Source: a virus (lineage: Duplodnaviria > Caudoviricetes). From it: a DNA stretch of 64,000 bases. Position 1 is the first letter of the stretch. Each line of letters opens with the position of its first letter. The position numbers and the translations under genes are program-made. Shown here in pieces: positions 9,801-19,334 of the stretch. A model generated the notes under the pieces. It had not been told where the DNA came from. It searched no databases and saw only the letters and a program-made list of their open reading frames with translations. The stretch is from positions 32,001 through 96,000 of the IMG/VR virus record IMGVR_UViG_3300014000_000001; one strand, written 5' to 3'.

Positions 9801-12586
9801 GTTGAACCTGTTTTCAAACGGGCTGTGTTTTCCAGATGAGATAAATTACCACCAGATGCAAAAGAAGGAATCCAACCACCAGAAGCATAACCTCGTTTAG
9901 CGTAAAGATCTTGGCGTTTCTTCCATTCTTTCTTAGATAGTAAACTTTGGAGTACGGCTTTGTATCGTTCACTGTCAGGTAAATTACGTGCAATAATACG
10001 ATCTAATATTCTGATCCTCGCGGCTTTGGCTAGGCGTTTCTTACCTGAATTTAGATCTTCGATATCTTTACGTTGTTGTTCCTGAAGCTCTTGCTGTTTG
10101 CGATCTAGAGTTGATTGAAGAGTTGCATTCTTTGCAGTGTAACCCATGCTCCAAGGACTGCCTAAGCGATTTGCAATCAGTTGGTTTTGATCAAATCCAA
10201 ACGCTGCGAAGCTATTAAACTTCTTGGTACCTTCTTGCTTGCGTTTAATCGCATCGAAACGAGAATCACTGCTATGGATGTATTCACCTGTGGTAGGGTG
10301 AATGAGGTAATCATCCCCTAAAGTCATTCCAGAGAATGCTAACCCGCCTTGATGTAAATCAGCAATATTTCTTAACCGAGTATTAGCTCTTTGAGCATCG
10401 CTTTGATGGGATGTACCTACGTTAGGCTGATAACGAAGCTTTTGCTTTTGACCCATATAGTCATAATCTTCATCGATTGCATGAATTTCATAACCATCTT
10501 CATCTCGCGATAAACGTCCATTTTGTTTATAATCCCTTGTGTATTGCCCGTAAAGGATTTCTTCAAAGTTTGGATTGATGGAATATACCCCATCGCTGGT
10601 TTCTATTATCGCTCCGCGTTTGATTAAGAATCTTAATCCCTCGGATGAGGTCTTCGCCATACGTTCAATTCCTTTCTCATCCATTACTGGCATTTTTCGA
10701 ATATTGACGTTTAGGTTAGAGAGCTCACGTTGCTTGCTATTATACTCTTTAAAACCCATCATGGAGATTTTTGCAATATCCATCACGGATTCACTATTCA
10801 TGAGCTGTTCCTGTAATTTTTCAGGAAGATTCATGAGTTTAGGGACTTTGAATAATAATTCACCTTTTACATCTGGCGGGGCTTTAAAGTTAGGCGTTAG
10901 TAATTCAAGAGGGTTCATGGTCCCTGAAGAAGCACGTTCTTTAATTAACCACTTTTTAATATAACCTACAGCTTTAGCACTGAGTAAGTGATTCTTATCA
11001 AATGCATTTAACCACTCATCTAGTGCATTGCTGGCTTGTTGGACTTGATCTTTTTTAACAACCTCATCCATCATGTTATCTTCAAGTTTCTTCGTATCTA
11101 CAAAGTCACCTGATTTAAAATCCCAAGACACGTCTTTAGCATCTTTCCCATGAGCTGCCCGGTAGGTGTTCATGTGGATCTTTTTAAGCCATCCTGGAAT
11201 AATATCAATTACCGTTAAACGGAAACGATTATCCATAAAGGCTGCTTTCTCTAAGTCTAAATCCTTAGCATTGTAAGCAGTTCGATCTCCAGAAATTGCT
11301 GCGTCTCTTAGATCGAAGAAGTCAACTAAACCATCAATGAGGTTATTACCAAAGCCGTTCTTTAATCCTTTATTAATGAGTGCTGGAGCTTGAGCAGTCA
11401 ATGCAGAAAGATTAGAACCATATACATCCCAACCACGCTTTTCCATCTGGGCACGGATTTTAGGAGATAGCCAGTCAGCGCCTTTACCGACTAATTTATC
11501 AATCCCCATCCCTAGACCCATTTGGCGTGCTAAGGCACCATAGTGTCCTGCAGCGGTACTACCATCTTCAACAGAGTCACGGGTGTTATCGTTGAACATG
11601 GAAAGGTTGGAACCAATCTCTTGCCAGAAGTTACTCATCTTACCGCGGATTTTACCAACCACTCGTTTGGTAAGTTGTGATCCTACTCCATCGAATGGAG
11701 CCATGATCCCGCCCATAACTTTCTGGGCAAGTGCTTGTTGGGCGATTTCCGAAGCATTGATCTTAAGATAATCTGGTAAGCCTGTATTTTTGTGGATAGC
11801 TTGCAGCTCTTCCATGCTCTCTTTACGATAAGCACTTAAGAGTTGTAATTGTCGTTGTTGGGTAACAAAGGTACGTGCTTGTAACTCAATACTCTTACGT
11901 TGGAAAGTATAAGTGATTTGCTCATTAAAACTTCTTTGAGCAATGATTCCTTTGTTAATACCCTCTAATAATTTATTGCCTTGGTTTTGACGTTCAGCGG
12001 ATTGTTCTTTATCCACCATATCGGCTTCAAAGCGTTCATCATCAACTTTCTGACGTTGCTCATTGGAAGCATTTTGCGCCTGCATATGCGCGCCGAAGGT
12101 TTCATCTAAAATAGATTGAATCTTCAGTTCATCGAGTTGATCTTCAGAAGGAGCGCCAGAAGAAGAACGTTCTTCTTCATTTGCCCAAGCACTAAGTCTT
12201 TTTAGTCCTAATTTATCTGTAACCGAACTAAACGATCTTACAACACCCTTAACATCCTTACGGACTTTTTCCCATTCTTTTTGTTGGTCTCGCCAAAGTG
12301 ATGCCACTTCATTTGAGACAGTATCATAACTTTCAAGGACAGGAGTATAATCTGACGGCAAAGCTTTTTTCATGAGCTCACGTCTAAGCTTGGCATCATT
12401 TTTTAAAAAGCTTAGATGGTCAGCCACATCCTCTTTTAATTTCGATGTGAGGGTTGCTTTACGACCAGAGTCTTCAGCATCTGCTCCATCAAAGTTAAAA
12501 TCCATATCATCGAATTCTGAGAAATCGATATCATCACTAGAGCTGGTATTCCTAGCTCCTAGTTTACTTTTTCCAAATCCGAACAT
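3827..12586 (-). CDS. Tail tape-measure/lysin, phiKZ gp181-like, with GH19 and CHAP/NlpC-P60-like domains (2919 aa)
   Basis: Size and position divergent from the vRNAP genes. GH19 motifs AHES..F...RE, YKGRGYIQLTG..NY, VNGG.NGLEDR. Cys/His motifs GKCAEYVR...PYGHICIF. Confidence 0.85.
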   Translation of the reverse strand: MFGFGKSKLGARNTSSSDDIDFSEFDDMDFNFDGADAEDSGRKATLTSKLKEDVADHLSFLKNDAKLRRELMKKALPSDYTPVLESYDTVSNEVASLWRDQQKEWEKVRKDVKGVVRSFSSVTDKLGLKRLSAWANEEERSSSGAPSEDQLDELKIQSILDETFGAHMQAQNASNEQRQKVDDERFEADMVDKEQSAERQNQGNKLLEGINKGIIAQRSFNEQITYTFQRKSIELQARTFVTQQRQLQLLSAYRKESMEELQAIHKNTGLPDYLKINASEIAQQALAQKVMGGIMAPFDGVGSQLTKRVVGKIRGKMSNFWQEIGSNLSMFNDNTRDSVEDGSTAAGHYGALARQMGLGMGIDKLVGKGADWLSPKIRAQMEKRGWDVYGSNLSALTAQAPALINKGLKNGFGNNLIDGLVDFFDLRDAAISGDRTAYNAKDLDLEKAAFMDNRFRLTVIDIIPGWLKKIHMNTYRAAHGKDAKDVSWDFKSGDFVDTKKLEDNMMDEVVKKDQVQQASNALDEWLNAFDKNHLLSAKAVGYIKKWLIKERASSGTMNPLELLTPNFKAPPDVKGELLFKVPKLMNLPEKLQEQLMNSESVMDIAKISMMGFKEYNSKQRELSNLNVNIRKMPVMDEKGIERMAKTSSEGLRFLIKRGAIIETSDGVYSINPNFEEILYGQYTRDYKQNGRLSRDEDGYEIHAIDEDYDYMGQKQKLRYQPNVGTSHQSDAQRANTRLRNIADLHQGGLAFSGMTLGDDYLIHPTTGEYIHSSDSRFDAIKRKQEGTKKFNSFAAFGFDQNQLIANRLGSPWSMGYTAKNATLQSTLDRKQQELQEQQRKDIEDLNSGKKRLAKAARIRILDRIIARNLPDSERYKAVLQSLLSKKEWKKRQDLYAKRGYASGGWIPSFASGGNLSHLENTARLKTGSTKGQPDQEHLVKTHGGEYVVSKDATDFNKTLLESINKLGAPLINSDNTINSVYYRLFGFKSEKEFKEGARLKGLTSKAKEFANEQEEMAVEKIWQALDISVGNFTKEEMASVLNKKLPAKRRLANGMKLWTKQQQAKAKADPKAYASRLGKMGINKLHDKFNRFIDPKGEGTNVEIVNSLAGIGKKIGSDAWSTGKSLGQAGWKSAKNLGMSTKSHLLDRDRTMTAVSQTLKEAENPKMFNLPIDLYFKGKGTPFLTKQGFRNHEYIDQKSGSVIKNPSEVTGTVVDKEGAVIVSFVDLANNEIVTRAGKPYRMLGLQEANRRYMSATEYAGKRYAILAQSERFRDTLEKAKNARDKFILDKPIDIYDRNGKLLLTAEGFKERRYMDKNTGNILWSHHDITGPVIDVQNKGNVVLTEEQLTDGLFNNEKEHVKISKLKQYRNMAFKRTNEVYQKYASKYVNKYGGKALNWMSAMGEKRVGLNYDNNPIDIYIAGETEPRITAAQFKAEKVFCKDKPIKSHSGISGAVMMQNEHGFYIKITVEELPQLVDAMGEKLKLPLMMSATERFGSYLKEAALPGAKGKAFMNFLKMSGDKRQELFEDEIKKRKIAYDVYIKGNPSTPVLTKKGFESNHYLSQKTGKVITIPEFIDGPVMDTGKQLLITEEDLKKGLMTVDGKAIHINAGEFEGLFGGLHRHAQIMKRIGANKADEMITKIEDVRIKGQKDILIKAMDIKSGKYFRADNGKPVKDYADLLAGVKDEKGNTIVSEADLKTGLETVSGKNIQTLAKFKGGMRGLTNFFRKGSWADQRDNAKNKKGKDKDPKEKKEKKESWISKLIKGLMSPFGMILGGLGSSLLGGFGTLLKGSIGWLGSALSLKLGGGPIGSLLGALLPGVGEGKGGKGKGLLGAAKWMLGSTTGRLATAGLAYAGYKGYQHWTGDAEAGDPNTKEDPYKQEPEKGMGSKAWDLVKTYGPYAAMMFPGATWKLAKGIVGGGGKLLGKGAVAGVKGAGQAAAWGATKLATKLPGMAGTLGKVASGAARVGAGTWAGTGAMIRGGITTASWLLKGARLLTPWGIAATIAWYGGKALYNMWKDGKNPWNRFRMAQYGFDHNDSGITDKIAKMETIAQSLIQVGVKSVSFKEDQKAVDEILKICGFKDENGQDIAEQQERLPAFSIWFKERFLRVFASYAQTLKQILGKPDIVDLQKLDRGQQTQLLKGVHFTATEHNPYMIKQSPFEDPDRCEMGMNDVEKISRKLRDKISQLPKPPEKAKALTATEDAPLDANKKGKSEADKAVEKQMNKDGKDKPKTPSTKTAVDEANKAVKYQSLAAQAVVKQNREAIVKTTQEANKQTDSLFDKMIDGLTSKIKNFQSAAATAWNKITSGNFGETMDGIGDAAGLAANAVGLGGVYSAGQWLGDQVSSIGGGNAKAAEQNLITTAKKAGITNPTELAMLLSQAAHESNGFKTTREYGKDADFAKYNNRRDLGNGPNDGAKYKGRGYIQLTGKANYAAFSKWAGQDFVSKPELVEKEPWASLATVWFWTQHPNMTKRGRAAAQRGDIIGATKAVNGGLNGLEDRKKYWAKYSQMAKDPKGFESSTTTNNAFTARNASASKEGSSQTSNAFTQRNAPVQPQSQKATTTLPPTIAAPTATNKQAGGIIGNAMASLDAKYGNKSTPTPLSSPTAQKAQAVTTAKVTNAPDWDIDKIAQTVTARSKGPWRQGLNVGKCAEYVRAALQSGDLKGQIKGGFGHAYQLMQALQSLGWVNVGTINTVKPQKGDIACFDRGSYTDKTGKPTPYGHICIFNGTAWISDFTQNQMYPSSKASGAKHYILRAQSQLCKTGAVPTNMVAPETAKASAGTQAIANTPIAKSNSSAKVSQTMNSISNGSASTTSSQTYTPPPQTVAPSGETNVILGKQLVVQEKILSLLEQLVGNTSSTNRSINPNSNSQENSAITKQGLTIPQLEVKKDVLSKPAPVSPFADVTNPISVKKPA

Positions 12587-12660
12587 AGTAGTCTACTCTG
12601 TAAGGTAAATTCTAATTTAATCAAATGATTTCCGCTATTTTTATTTAGAGGTTTAATAAA

Positions 12661-14109
12661 ATGCTTAAACCCATGAATCCAGCCAGTATTGCGATCTTTA
12701 AAGCTGAAGCTTCAAAGTTTCGACATGTGGGTCGTGTGAAGGTATTAGATGTCTTCCAAAACAATACTCGTGACTTCCATAGTGAAGGTTTATTCTCCAC
12801 TGAAATCTTTGGACGGGTTGGTTCTAATGAACGTTTGACTCGTTTCGGTTATATTGATATTCATGTTCCGATTCTCCATCCACGTGTCTTTACCAAGCTT
12901 TGTAATTTGAAACAGCTCTACAAAGAAATCATGGCAGGTAAAGAGTATGCCATTTGGGATGCTAAAGAGGGAGATTTCGTTAAATCCGATCAGATGGACG
13001 GTGAGACAGGTTATCAGTTCTTTATCTCTCACCTACCTGAACTTAAACTTAAACGCACCCAATCTAATCTACGTGATAATAAAATCAAAGTAGTGAAGAA
13101 CAATTTAGATCGAGCATTAACTGAATACATTTTGGTAATGCCTGCGGGTTACCGCGATCTAGAAGTAGATGAACATGGTGGTACTGACCAAGCTGAAATT
13201 AATGATTTCTATCGAACGCTGATTAAAATCTCCAATACTTTATCTACGATTAATGATCTAAACTCTCCAATCATTGATAAAGCCCGCTTTTCATTACAAA
13301 TGGCTTTTAATGAGTTACATGACTATTTAATGAGTAACTCAACCAAAGGTAAGGGTTCATTCTTTAACTCTAAATTTGGTCGACGTAAAATTAAATATGG
13401 TACGCGTAATGTCTGGGCGGTTGCATCGGTATCAGTTAAACACTTAGATGACCCAACCAATTTTATGCCTGATCATACTCAGGTAGGTTTATTTCAAGCA
13501 GTGAAAGCAACTGAACCTTTATTCATTCATCATTTGCGTACAGGTTATGTTGATCAGGTATTCAATGGCGAAAACTCAGCTTGGCTCATCGATCCTAAAA
13601 CGTTGAACCGAGTTGAGGTTCCCTTAAAACCTAGAACCATAGATCGTTGGAAAACTGTTGCAGGTTTAACTAAGATCATTAACCAGTTTGAAAATGTACA
13701 AAAACGTAATGATTACATTATGGTGGATGGACATTATCTAGGTTTAATCTATCGTCGTGAAGGACGAGTTCGTCTGGTTTATAGTTTAGATGATGTTCCT
13801 GTAGATCGTGCGGAGGATAAAGATTATATTTATCCAATTACCTATGGCGAGTTATTCTTCTTGATTTGTAACCGTTATCAAGGTGAATGTCCTGCTGATA
13901 TTACTCGTTACCCGATTGCTGGAGCTGAATCAATCTACCCATCTTATAACTATCTAATGTCAACTGCCGAACCTTATCGCGTGATTGAATTAGATGAAGA
14001 ATGGAAAGACACTACAAACGTAACTTCACAATTTCCAAACACGGAGGTATCGATTTGGTTTGATACCATGGGACCACACCCGATTAAAGTACCTGAAGCC
14101 GGTGGCGAT
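12661..14109 (+). CDS. Virion RNA polymerase beta'-like subunit (phiKZ gp180-like), exon 1
   Basis: Motifs GLFSTEIFG, FGYIDI, PAGYRD, TRYP; ends at GGD, the first Asp of the catalytic DxDGD motif. Confidence 0.9.
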
Positions 14110-14594
14110 AAAATGTATGTAAATTAACTACATGTTAATTGAAATGTCCTCTTGTAGGGAAACCTGCTTGAGTTTTCTCTCGAAATTGTCTGGAACTCCA
14201 TTGAAATATGGACACCATAAGAGCCAACACTACCTGGTAGTAACTATAGGTGCGAAAGCAGAAACAAGTGTGTTGGATGACCTAAGGTTAAATCCTAAGG
14301 GTTAGTAGAATTGGGAACCAGCAGCGAAGGTATTGTTGAGATAACAAAACCGCGTTCAACGACTATCCCTTTGCCAGGGAGTAGGGGGTAGCACCTCCGA
14401 AGTGAGAGACCGATAACAGTAGAGTTATCCGGAATGCAGTTAACCGAGCATTCTGCCAAACGTGATACTCGTGGGATAAGAGATAGTCTACTCTGTTCTG
14501 GAATTGACCAGAATATACAAAGGGTGAAAGCCCCAGCGGGTACTTAAATGCGTACCGCCTTTGGAAGTTAAAGCGATCCGAAGGGGATAATAGG
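14110..14594 (+). mobile_element. Group I intron (IA-like), 485 nt, no homing endonuclease ORF
   Basis: 5' exon ends in U and the intron ends in G. P AAATTGTCTGGAA (14183), Q AACCAGCAGC (14316), R GTTCAACGACTA (14354), S AAGAGATAGTCTA (14478). P7 GACTA/TAGTC, P3 TCTCTC/GTGAGAGA. Removal restores GGD-YDGDT in frame. Confidence 0.93.
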
Positions 14595-14765
14595 TATGAT
14601 GGAGACACGGGCAACGATAATGTAAATATGTCAGAAGAAGCAAAAGAAGATACTAGAAAATATCTGAATTCATTAAATGCACATATTGATGTGGATGGTA
14701 ACATGATTGGTTCTCCTTTGATTGATCCAATCAAACGTATCATCTTTAACATGACTGGAGCTTAA
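14595..14765 (+). CDS. Virion RNA polymerase beta'-like subunit, exon 2 (56 aa; spliced protein 539 aa)
   Basis: Reads YDGDTGNDNVNMSEEAKEDTRKYL...FNMTGA*; stop is 2 nt before the next ATG. Confidence 0.9.
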   Translation, partial: YDGDTGNDNVNMSEEAKEDTRKYLNSLNAHIDVDGNMIGSPLIDPIKRIIFNMTGA

Positions 14766-14767
14766 TC

Positions 14768-17700
14768 ATGCAAATCATGATTGATAAGTTTGTACGTAGC
14801 TATTGTGTCCGTAAAAAAGATCAAGTTCAAAATCCCCCAATTCACAAATTAAAAGAGTTGGTATTTCCTCGTAATTCTCAAATTCATTTTCTCTCTAAAG
14901 ACGGCAATGAAATTGGGATTACTTCAACAAATCCAATCTTAAACAACATGGATAAAGGTAAAGTCATTTCAGAATTTGTGACCTCTTATTCTGTTGAGAA
15001 AGCAGGTGGGTTTAAACGTGTCACCATGGATATGAAAGAACCTATCCGTGATTACATGCGTCGCAATAAAGGGATTGCAGATGCACGCTTTTCTAAATCT
15101 GATATGCTCCTAGATAAGAACATCATTGTGAGTAACTACGGGTTAATGGAAGAGAATGTTAAATACTTTAACAATCCTCGTCAATGGTGGATACGTTTTC
15201 AAAACTACTGGGGTTCGGTATTTAAAGATGTAGAAGATAAGGTACGAAGTAATCGTCGAAACCACTTCATCATTATGAATATCCCAGATGTGATGCCGTC
15301 TGTTTCTCAATTTCGTAAATTTGCAGAAGTTGAAAACAATCAAAGTATTGATAAAATTGCCAACTCAGAACGGATGCTCATTGCTCAATTCTGGTTATGG
15401 TTTATGGATAGCCCACGCTGTATCCTACCTAAAGATCCAAATGTCACCAATCGCATGTATGTGATCTTTACATGGCATGATCAATGGTTATGTTTTAATC
15501 TTGCCAGTATCCGTACTTACATGAAAACATCAAGTAATCCTAAAGGTAGTTGGGATACTTTTCGAATGCAGCGTAATTTTGTCATTATGCTTCTCACTAT
15601 GCAATTTGGTTTGATTGACCATATGGCGTTTGCTGATGAAGAGGGTGAGGAAGCACATGATGCGCCACTCACTGAAGAAGAGAAGTATGAGCTTCAACAA
15701 GACCTTAAAGATGACACCTTAGGGGTGCTGTCTCAAGACCCTGTTGATTCGGTTAAGGAAAAGATTACCCAAGCGTTCGATACATTGGAAGTAGATATTG
15801 CTGAAAAAGAATCTATCGAAAATGTAGAAGCTAAACGTAATAAGAAAGCTGATAGTTTACTTGATGAATTAGAAGTGGTGAATGCCAATACTGTTGATAA
15901 TATTCAAGAAGCTTCCCCAAATACCGAACAGCAGATCTTAAAAGATGATGATGGGGAAGCGGTAAAAACTATTTCTCGAGAGCAGGTGTTAATCGATTAC
16001 CAAGTTTATCAACCCAAAGAGCTTAACATCGAAGAGAAGTTCGATGAACATCTTAAAGATCAAGTAGTGAAAGGTTCAGTTACCCCACAGCAGATGAAGC
16101 GTTTAGAGAAGCTTGCTCGTCGTTATAAAGAGATCCCTGATCCTAAAACTGGAGTGAGTTCTTTAGAAGTTGCTGCTAAGATCGAAGCTAAAGATTTGGT
16201 AATCTCTAAAGATGAGAAGATCACTGATAAAATCAATATGGTGAATGATGAATCCATGTTGAAATCTACTTTAGTGTCTTACAATAAAAAGTACATCAGT
16301 ACTGTAATGCATAAGGATGTGTATAACTCCGTTTTAGCTTTACAACGTCGTGGGATTGCTGTACAGAACTATTCGATTAAACGAGTAACTCAGCTTGGCG
16401 ATGATTACGAAGTCCATTCGGTGAAATTAGTTCCGATTGATGGTGAGCCTTCTACTGTGAACTTTAAAGTTCCAGTGATTGACGATCACGGAGTATTCCA
16501 ATCTCGTGGAATTCGCCTTCGTATGGCAGCCCAACGAGTTGATATTCCAATTCGTAAGATCGGTCCCGATGAAGTTTCTTTGACTTCTAGCATGTCTAAG
16601 ATGTTTGTGGAACGCTGTCAGTTTGTTGCTTATTCTCGCGATCAATGGTTAAAGTCTAAACTCTTAGAGTTGGTCGGTGATCAATCTGGAGTAAAGGTGA
16701 GCTTTGGCAAAGTCTTTAAAAATGATGAGGATGTGCCGTTGGCTTATTCTCGGTTTGCCCGTTCAGTTAAACGCATTCGTTTTCAAGATTATGATTTAAA
16801 CTTTGATGTGAGTAAATTAGATTCATTCTTTGGAGATGAAGTTGTAAAAGCCTTTGATCCCACTCGTGGTACTCAAATTCTACTTGGTAAAGGTAAGGAC
16901 ACATTACTGATCTTAACCAAAGCAGGAATCGTACATGAGTGCGGTATTGACAACAAAGATCACAAAGAGCTTGGCCCCTTAGAAGAGTTCATTGGATTAG
17001 ATACCTCATCTGCACCTAAAGATTGTGCTGATTTAATTGTGGTCTCTAAGAATATTCCGTTAGGTTTTGTCTTAGGTTATTATGTTGGTTTAGGGAACCT
17101 ACTTAAAACCTTAGATGTTAAATATCAATTCATTCCGAAGAATACTCGAACCGCTCGTTTAGGTAAAGATTCCATAGAGATTAAGTTCTCAGATGGAACG
17201 CTTGAAATCTACGATTATGATTACAAAGCACAATTAGTTTTACAAGGATTCAACCGCTATCATCGTTTTGTTAAACGTTATCCAATGGTAGAGTTTGATA
17301 AAAAGAGTGTCTATGGGTTAATTCTTAATGAGGTGGGATTACCTGCACGATACGAGCGTGAGCTTCGCATCTTAAGAGATATGTGGGTTGATCCAATCAC
17401 TGAAGAAGAATTAAAACGTATGGGTGAACCTACGGATTTTGTTCTTCTACTTTTACGTGCTGCTGAATTACTTGAAAAGGATATGCATCCTGAAGCAATG
17501 GATCGTGCATATCAACGCGATCGCGGTTATGAACGTATTAGTTCCATGATCTATGATGAATTGGTGAAATCTATCCGTGCTTATGAATCAACGCCTGTAC
17601 GAGCTAAAGCAAAAGTTACCATGAACCCTGAAGCGGTTTGGATGAAGTTAATTGGAGATGAAACCACAGCCCCAATTGAAGAATCTAACCCAATCCACGC

Positions 17701-19099
17701 ATTAAAAGATATTGAGCGTGTGGTGTATCGTGGTTCAGGCGGTCGTAGTTCACGTACCATGAATGCTGAAAACCGTAAGTTTAGTAAAAATGCGATTGGT
17801 GTTGATTCAATGGTAACTGTGGATAATGGTGATGCGGGTACTGTGCGTTATTTATCTGCTAATCCAAACTATAATTCCATTCGTGGAACAATCAATGTTT
17901 TAGATAAATTCGACCAATCTGTGAATAGTAGTTGTCTGGGGACTTCTCAATTATTAGCCCCTGCTTTGGATCTAGATGATCCAAAACGAATCAGCTTCAA
18001 TTCTATTCAAAATAGTCGTACAACGAACTCAGAAGGTTCACATTTATCCCCAACGCGTACAGGTTATGAGTATGTTCTTCCTTGGCGTTCATCTGACCTT
18101 TATGCAACAATGGCGACAGAAGAAGGCACTGTTACACGTGTAACTGATGTAGCTATTGTAGTGAAATATAAATCAGGGAAAGAAGTAACTGTGGAATTAG
18201 GTAAACGCGATGGTAAGTGGGCAGGTAAGATTATTCCGCACAATGTCATTACTGAACTTAAAGAAGGTCAGAAGGTTAAAGTAGGTGACACCATAGCTTA
18301 TAATCCAATGTTCTTTACCGTGGATAAGTTAGGTGGTGCTTTAGCTTATAAAACTGGGGTACTGGCACGCGTTGGATTAATTGAAGATGAATTCACTAAT
18401 GAAGACTCGTCTGAAATTTATCAGGGTTATGCAGATAAGCTCGGTACGAAAAACTCTGAGGTTCGAACCATTGAAGTGAGTTTCGATAAAGATGTATTTG
18501 AGTTACTTAAAGTAGGCACTCAAGTAGATTACGATTCAGTACTTTGTGTATTGCGTAATAACATCTCAGGGGTAGAGGATAAGTACATGCAAAGTTCTTT
18601 GGACTCTTTACGTGATATTTCTTCAACTTCTCCTCGTGCGAAACATAGTGGTGTGATCACTAACATCTCAGCAGTTTATGTTGGTGACGTAGAAAACATG
18701 AGTCCAACATTACAAGCTATCGTAGCAGCATCAGATCGTAACCTTTACAAGAAGGCACGTGATTTGAACAAAGAACGTGTAACTGGTCAGATGAAGGCAG
18801 GTACTCGACGTGAAGGTAAAATCTTAGAACCAAATACTGTATTGATCGAAGTAACGATTGATATCACTCAAGATATGGGTGTGGGTTCAAAAGTTGTATT
18901 TGGCCATCAGATGAAATCTGTGGTTTCTCGTGTATTCAGGGAAGAGTTTACGACTCAAGATGGTGTGGGGTATGATGCTAAATTTAGTTATACTTCTAAC
19001 ATTAAACGTATTGTGGAATCGATGATTTTAACTGGAATCTGTAACACATTCTCAGTGAATATCGGTCAGGCAGCGTGTGAATTATACGAGAAAGATTAG
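14768..19099 (+). CDS. Virion RNA polymerase beta-like subunit (phiKZ gp178-like, 1443 aa)
   Basis: Motifs GSGGRS, DDPKRISFNSIQ, TNEDS, and GSKVVFGHQMKSV (the two beta-subunit catalytic-region lysines). Confidence 0.9.
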   Translation: MQIMIDKFVRSYCVRKKDQVQNPPIHKLKELVFPRNSQIHFLSKDGNEIGITSTNPILNNMDKGKVISEFVTSYSVEKAGGFKRVTMDMKEPIRDYMRRNKGIADARFSKSDMLLDKNIIVSNYGLMEENVKYFNNPRQWWIRFQNYWGSVFKDVEDKVRSNRRNHFIIMNIPDVMPSVSQFRKFAEVENNQSIDKIANSERMLIAQFWLWFMDSPRCILPKDPNVTNRMYVIFTWHDQWLCFNLASIRTYMKTSSNPKGSWDTFRMQRNFVIMLLTMQFGLIDHMAFADEEGEEAHDAPLTEEEKYELQQDLKDDTLGVLSQDPVDSVKEKITQAFDTLEVDIAEKESIENVEAKRNKKADSLLDELEVVNANTVDNIQEASPNTEQQILKDDDGEAVKTISREQVLIDYQVYQPKELNIEEKFDEHLKDQVVKGSVTPQQMKRLEKLARRYKEIPDPKTGVSSLEVAAKIEAKDLVISKDEKITDKINMVNDESMLKSTLVSYNKKYISTVMHKDVYNSVLALQRRGIAVQNYSIKRVTQLGDDYEVHSVKLVPIDGEPSTVNFKVPVIDDHGVFQSRGIRLRMAAQRVDIPIRKIGPDEVSLTSSMSKMFVERCQFVAYSRDQWLKSKLLELVGDQSGVKVSFGKVFKNDEDVPLAYSRFARSVKRIRFQDYDLNFDVSKLDSFFGDEVVKAFDPTRGTQILLGKGKDTLLILTKAGIVHECGIDNKDHKELGPLEEFIGLDTSSAPKDCADLIVVSKNIPLGFVLGYYVGLGNLLKTLDVKYQFIPKNTRTARLGKDSIEIKFSDGTLEIYDYDYKAQLVLQGFNRYHRFVKRYPMVEFDKKSVYGLILNEVGLPARYERELRILRDMWVDPITEEELKRMGEPTDFVLLLLRAAELLEKDMHPEAMDRAYQRDRGYERISSMIYDELVKSIRAYESTPVRAKAKVTMNPEAVWMKLIGDETTAPIEESNPIHALKDIERVVYRGSGGRSSRTMNAENRKFSKNAIGVDSMVTVDNGDAGTVRYLSANPNYNSIRGTINVLDKFDQSVNSSCLGTSQLLAPALDLDDPKRISFNSIQNSRTTNSEGSHLSPTRTGYEYVLPWRSSDLYATMATEEGTVTRVTDVAIVVKYKSGKEVTVELGKRDGKWAGKIIPHNVITELKEGQKVKVGDTIAYNPMFFTVDKLGGALAYKTGVLARVGLIEDEFTNEDSSEIYQGYADKLGTKNSEVRTIEVSFDKDVFELLKVGTQVDYDSVLCVLRNNISGVEDKYMQSSLDSLRDISSTSPRAKHSGVITNISAVYVGDVENMSPTLQAIVAASDRNLYKKARDLNKERVTGQMKAGTRREGKILEPNTVLIEVTIDITQDMGVGSKVVFGHQMKSVVSRVFREEFTTQDGVGYDAKFSYTSNIKRIVESMILTGICNTFSVNIGQAACELYEKD

Positions 19100-19128
19100 C
19101 GCTAATCTTATTTATTGGAGAGACAAAT

Positions 19129-19323
19129 ATGTCTAATAAAGCAGGCGATTTTGCCGAGAACTTAGCTACGGTATCAAACATCGTAGCGCTTACTGTAAAA
19201 ACCTTAGGGAAGATCTCCGATCAACAATCCACTGAGGTCAGTGTTACAGCACGTGAAATCTTAGTCACGCGTACTCTGCAACGCATTGGCTCTCAATTAC
19301 GTGAAAAACCAATCGAAGGTTAA
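19129..19323 (+). CDS. Small hypothetical protein (64 aa)
   Basis: GGAG SD; fills the gap in the operon. Confidence 0.7.
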   Translation: MSNKAGDFAENLATVSNIVALTVKTLGKISDQQSTEVSVTAREILVTRTLQRIGSQLREKPIEG

Positions 19324-19334
19324 GGGGATAAATC

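Noticed and set aside
12661-14127. RNAP subunit as a truncated pseudogene or frameshift
   Set aside because: The missing catalytic residues follow a complete group I intron core and rejoin in frame
14363-14752. 129-aa minus-strand ORF as an intron homing endonuclease
   Set aside because: Antisense to the intron core and exon 2; no HNH, GIY-YIG or LAGLIDADG motif
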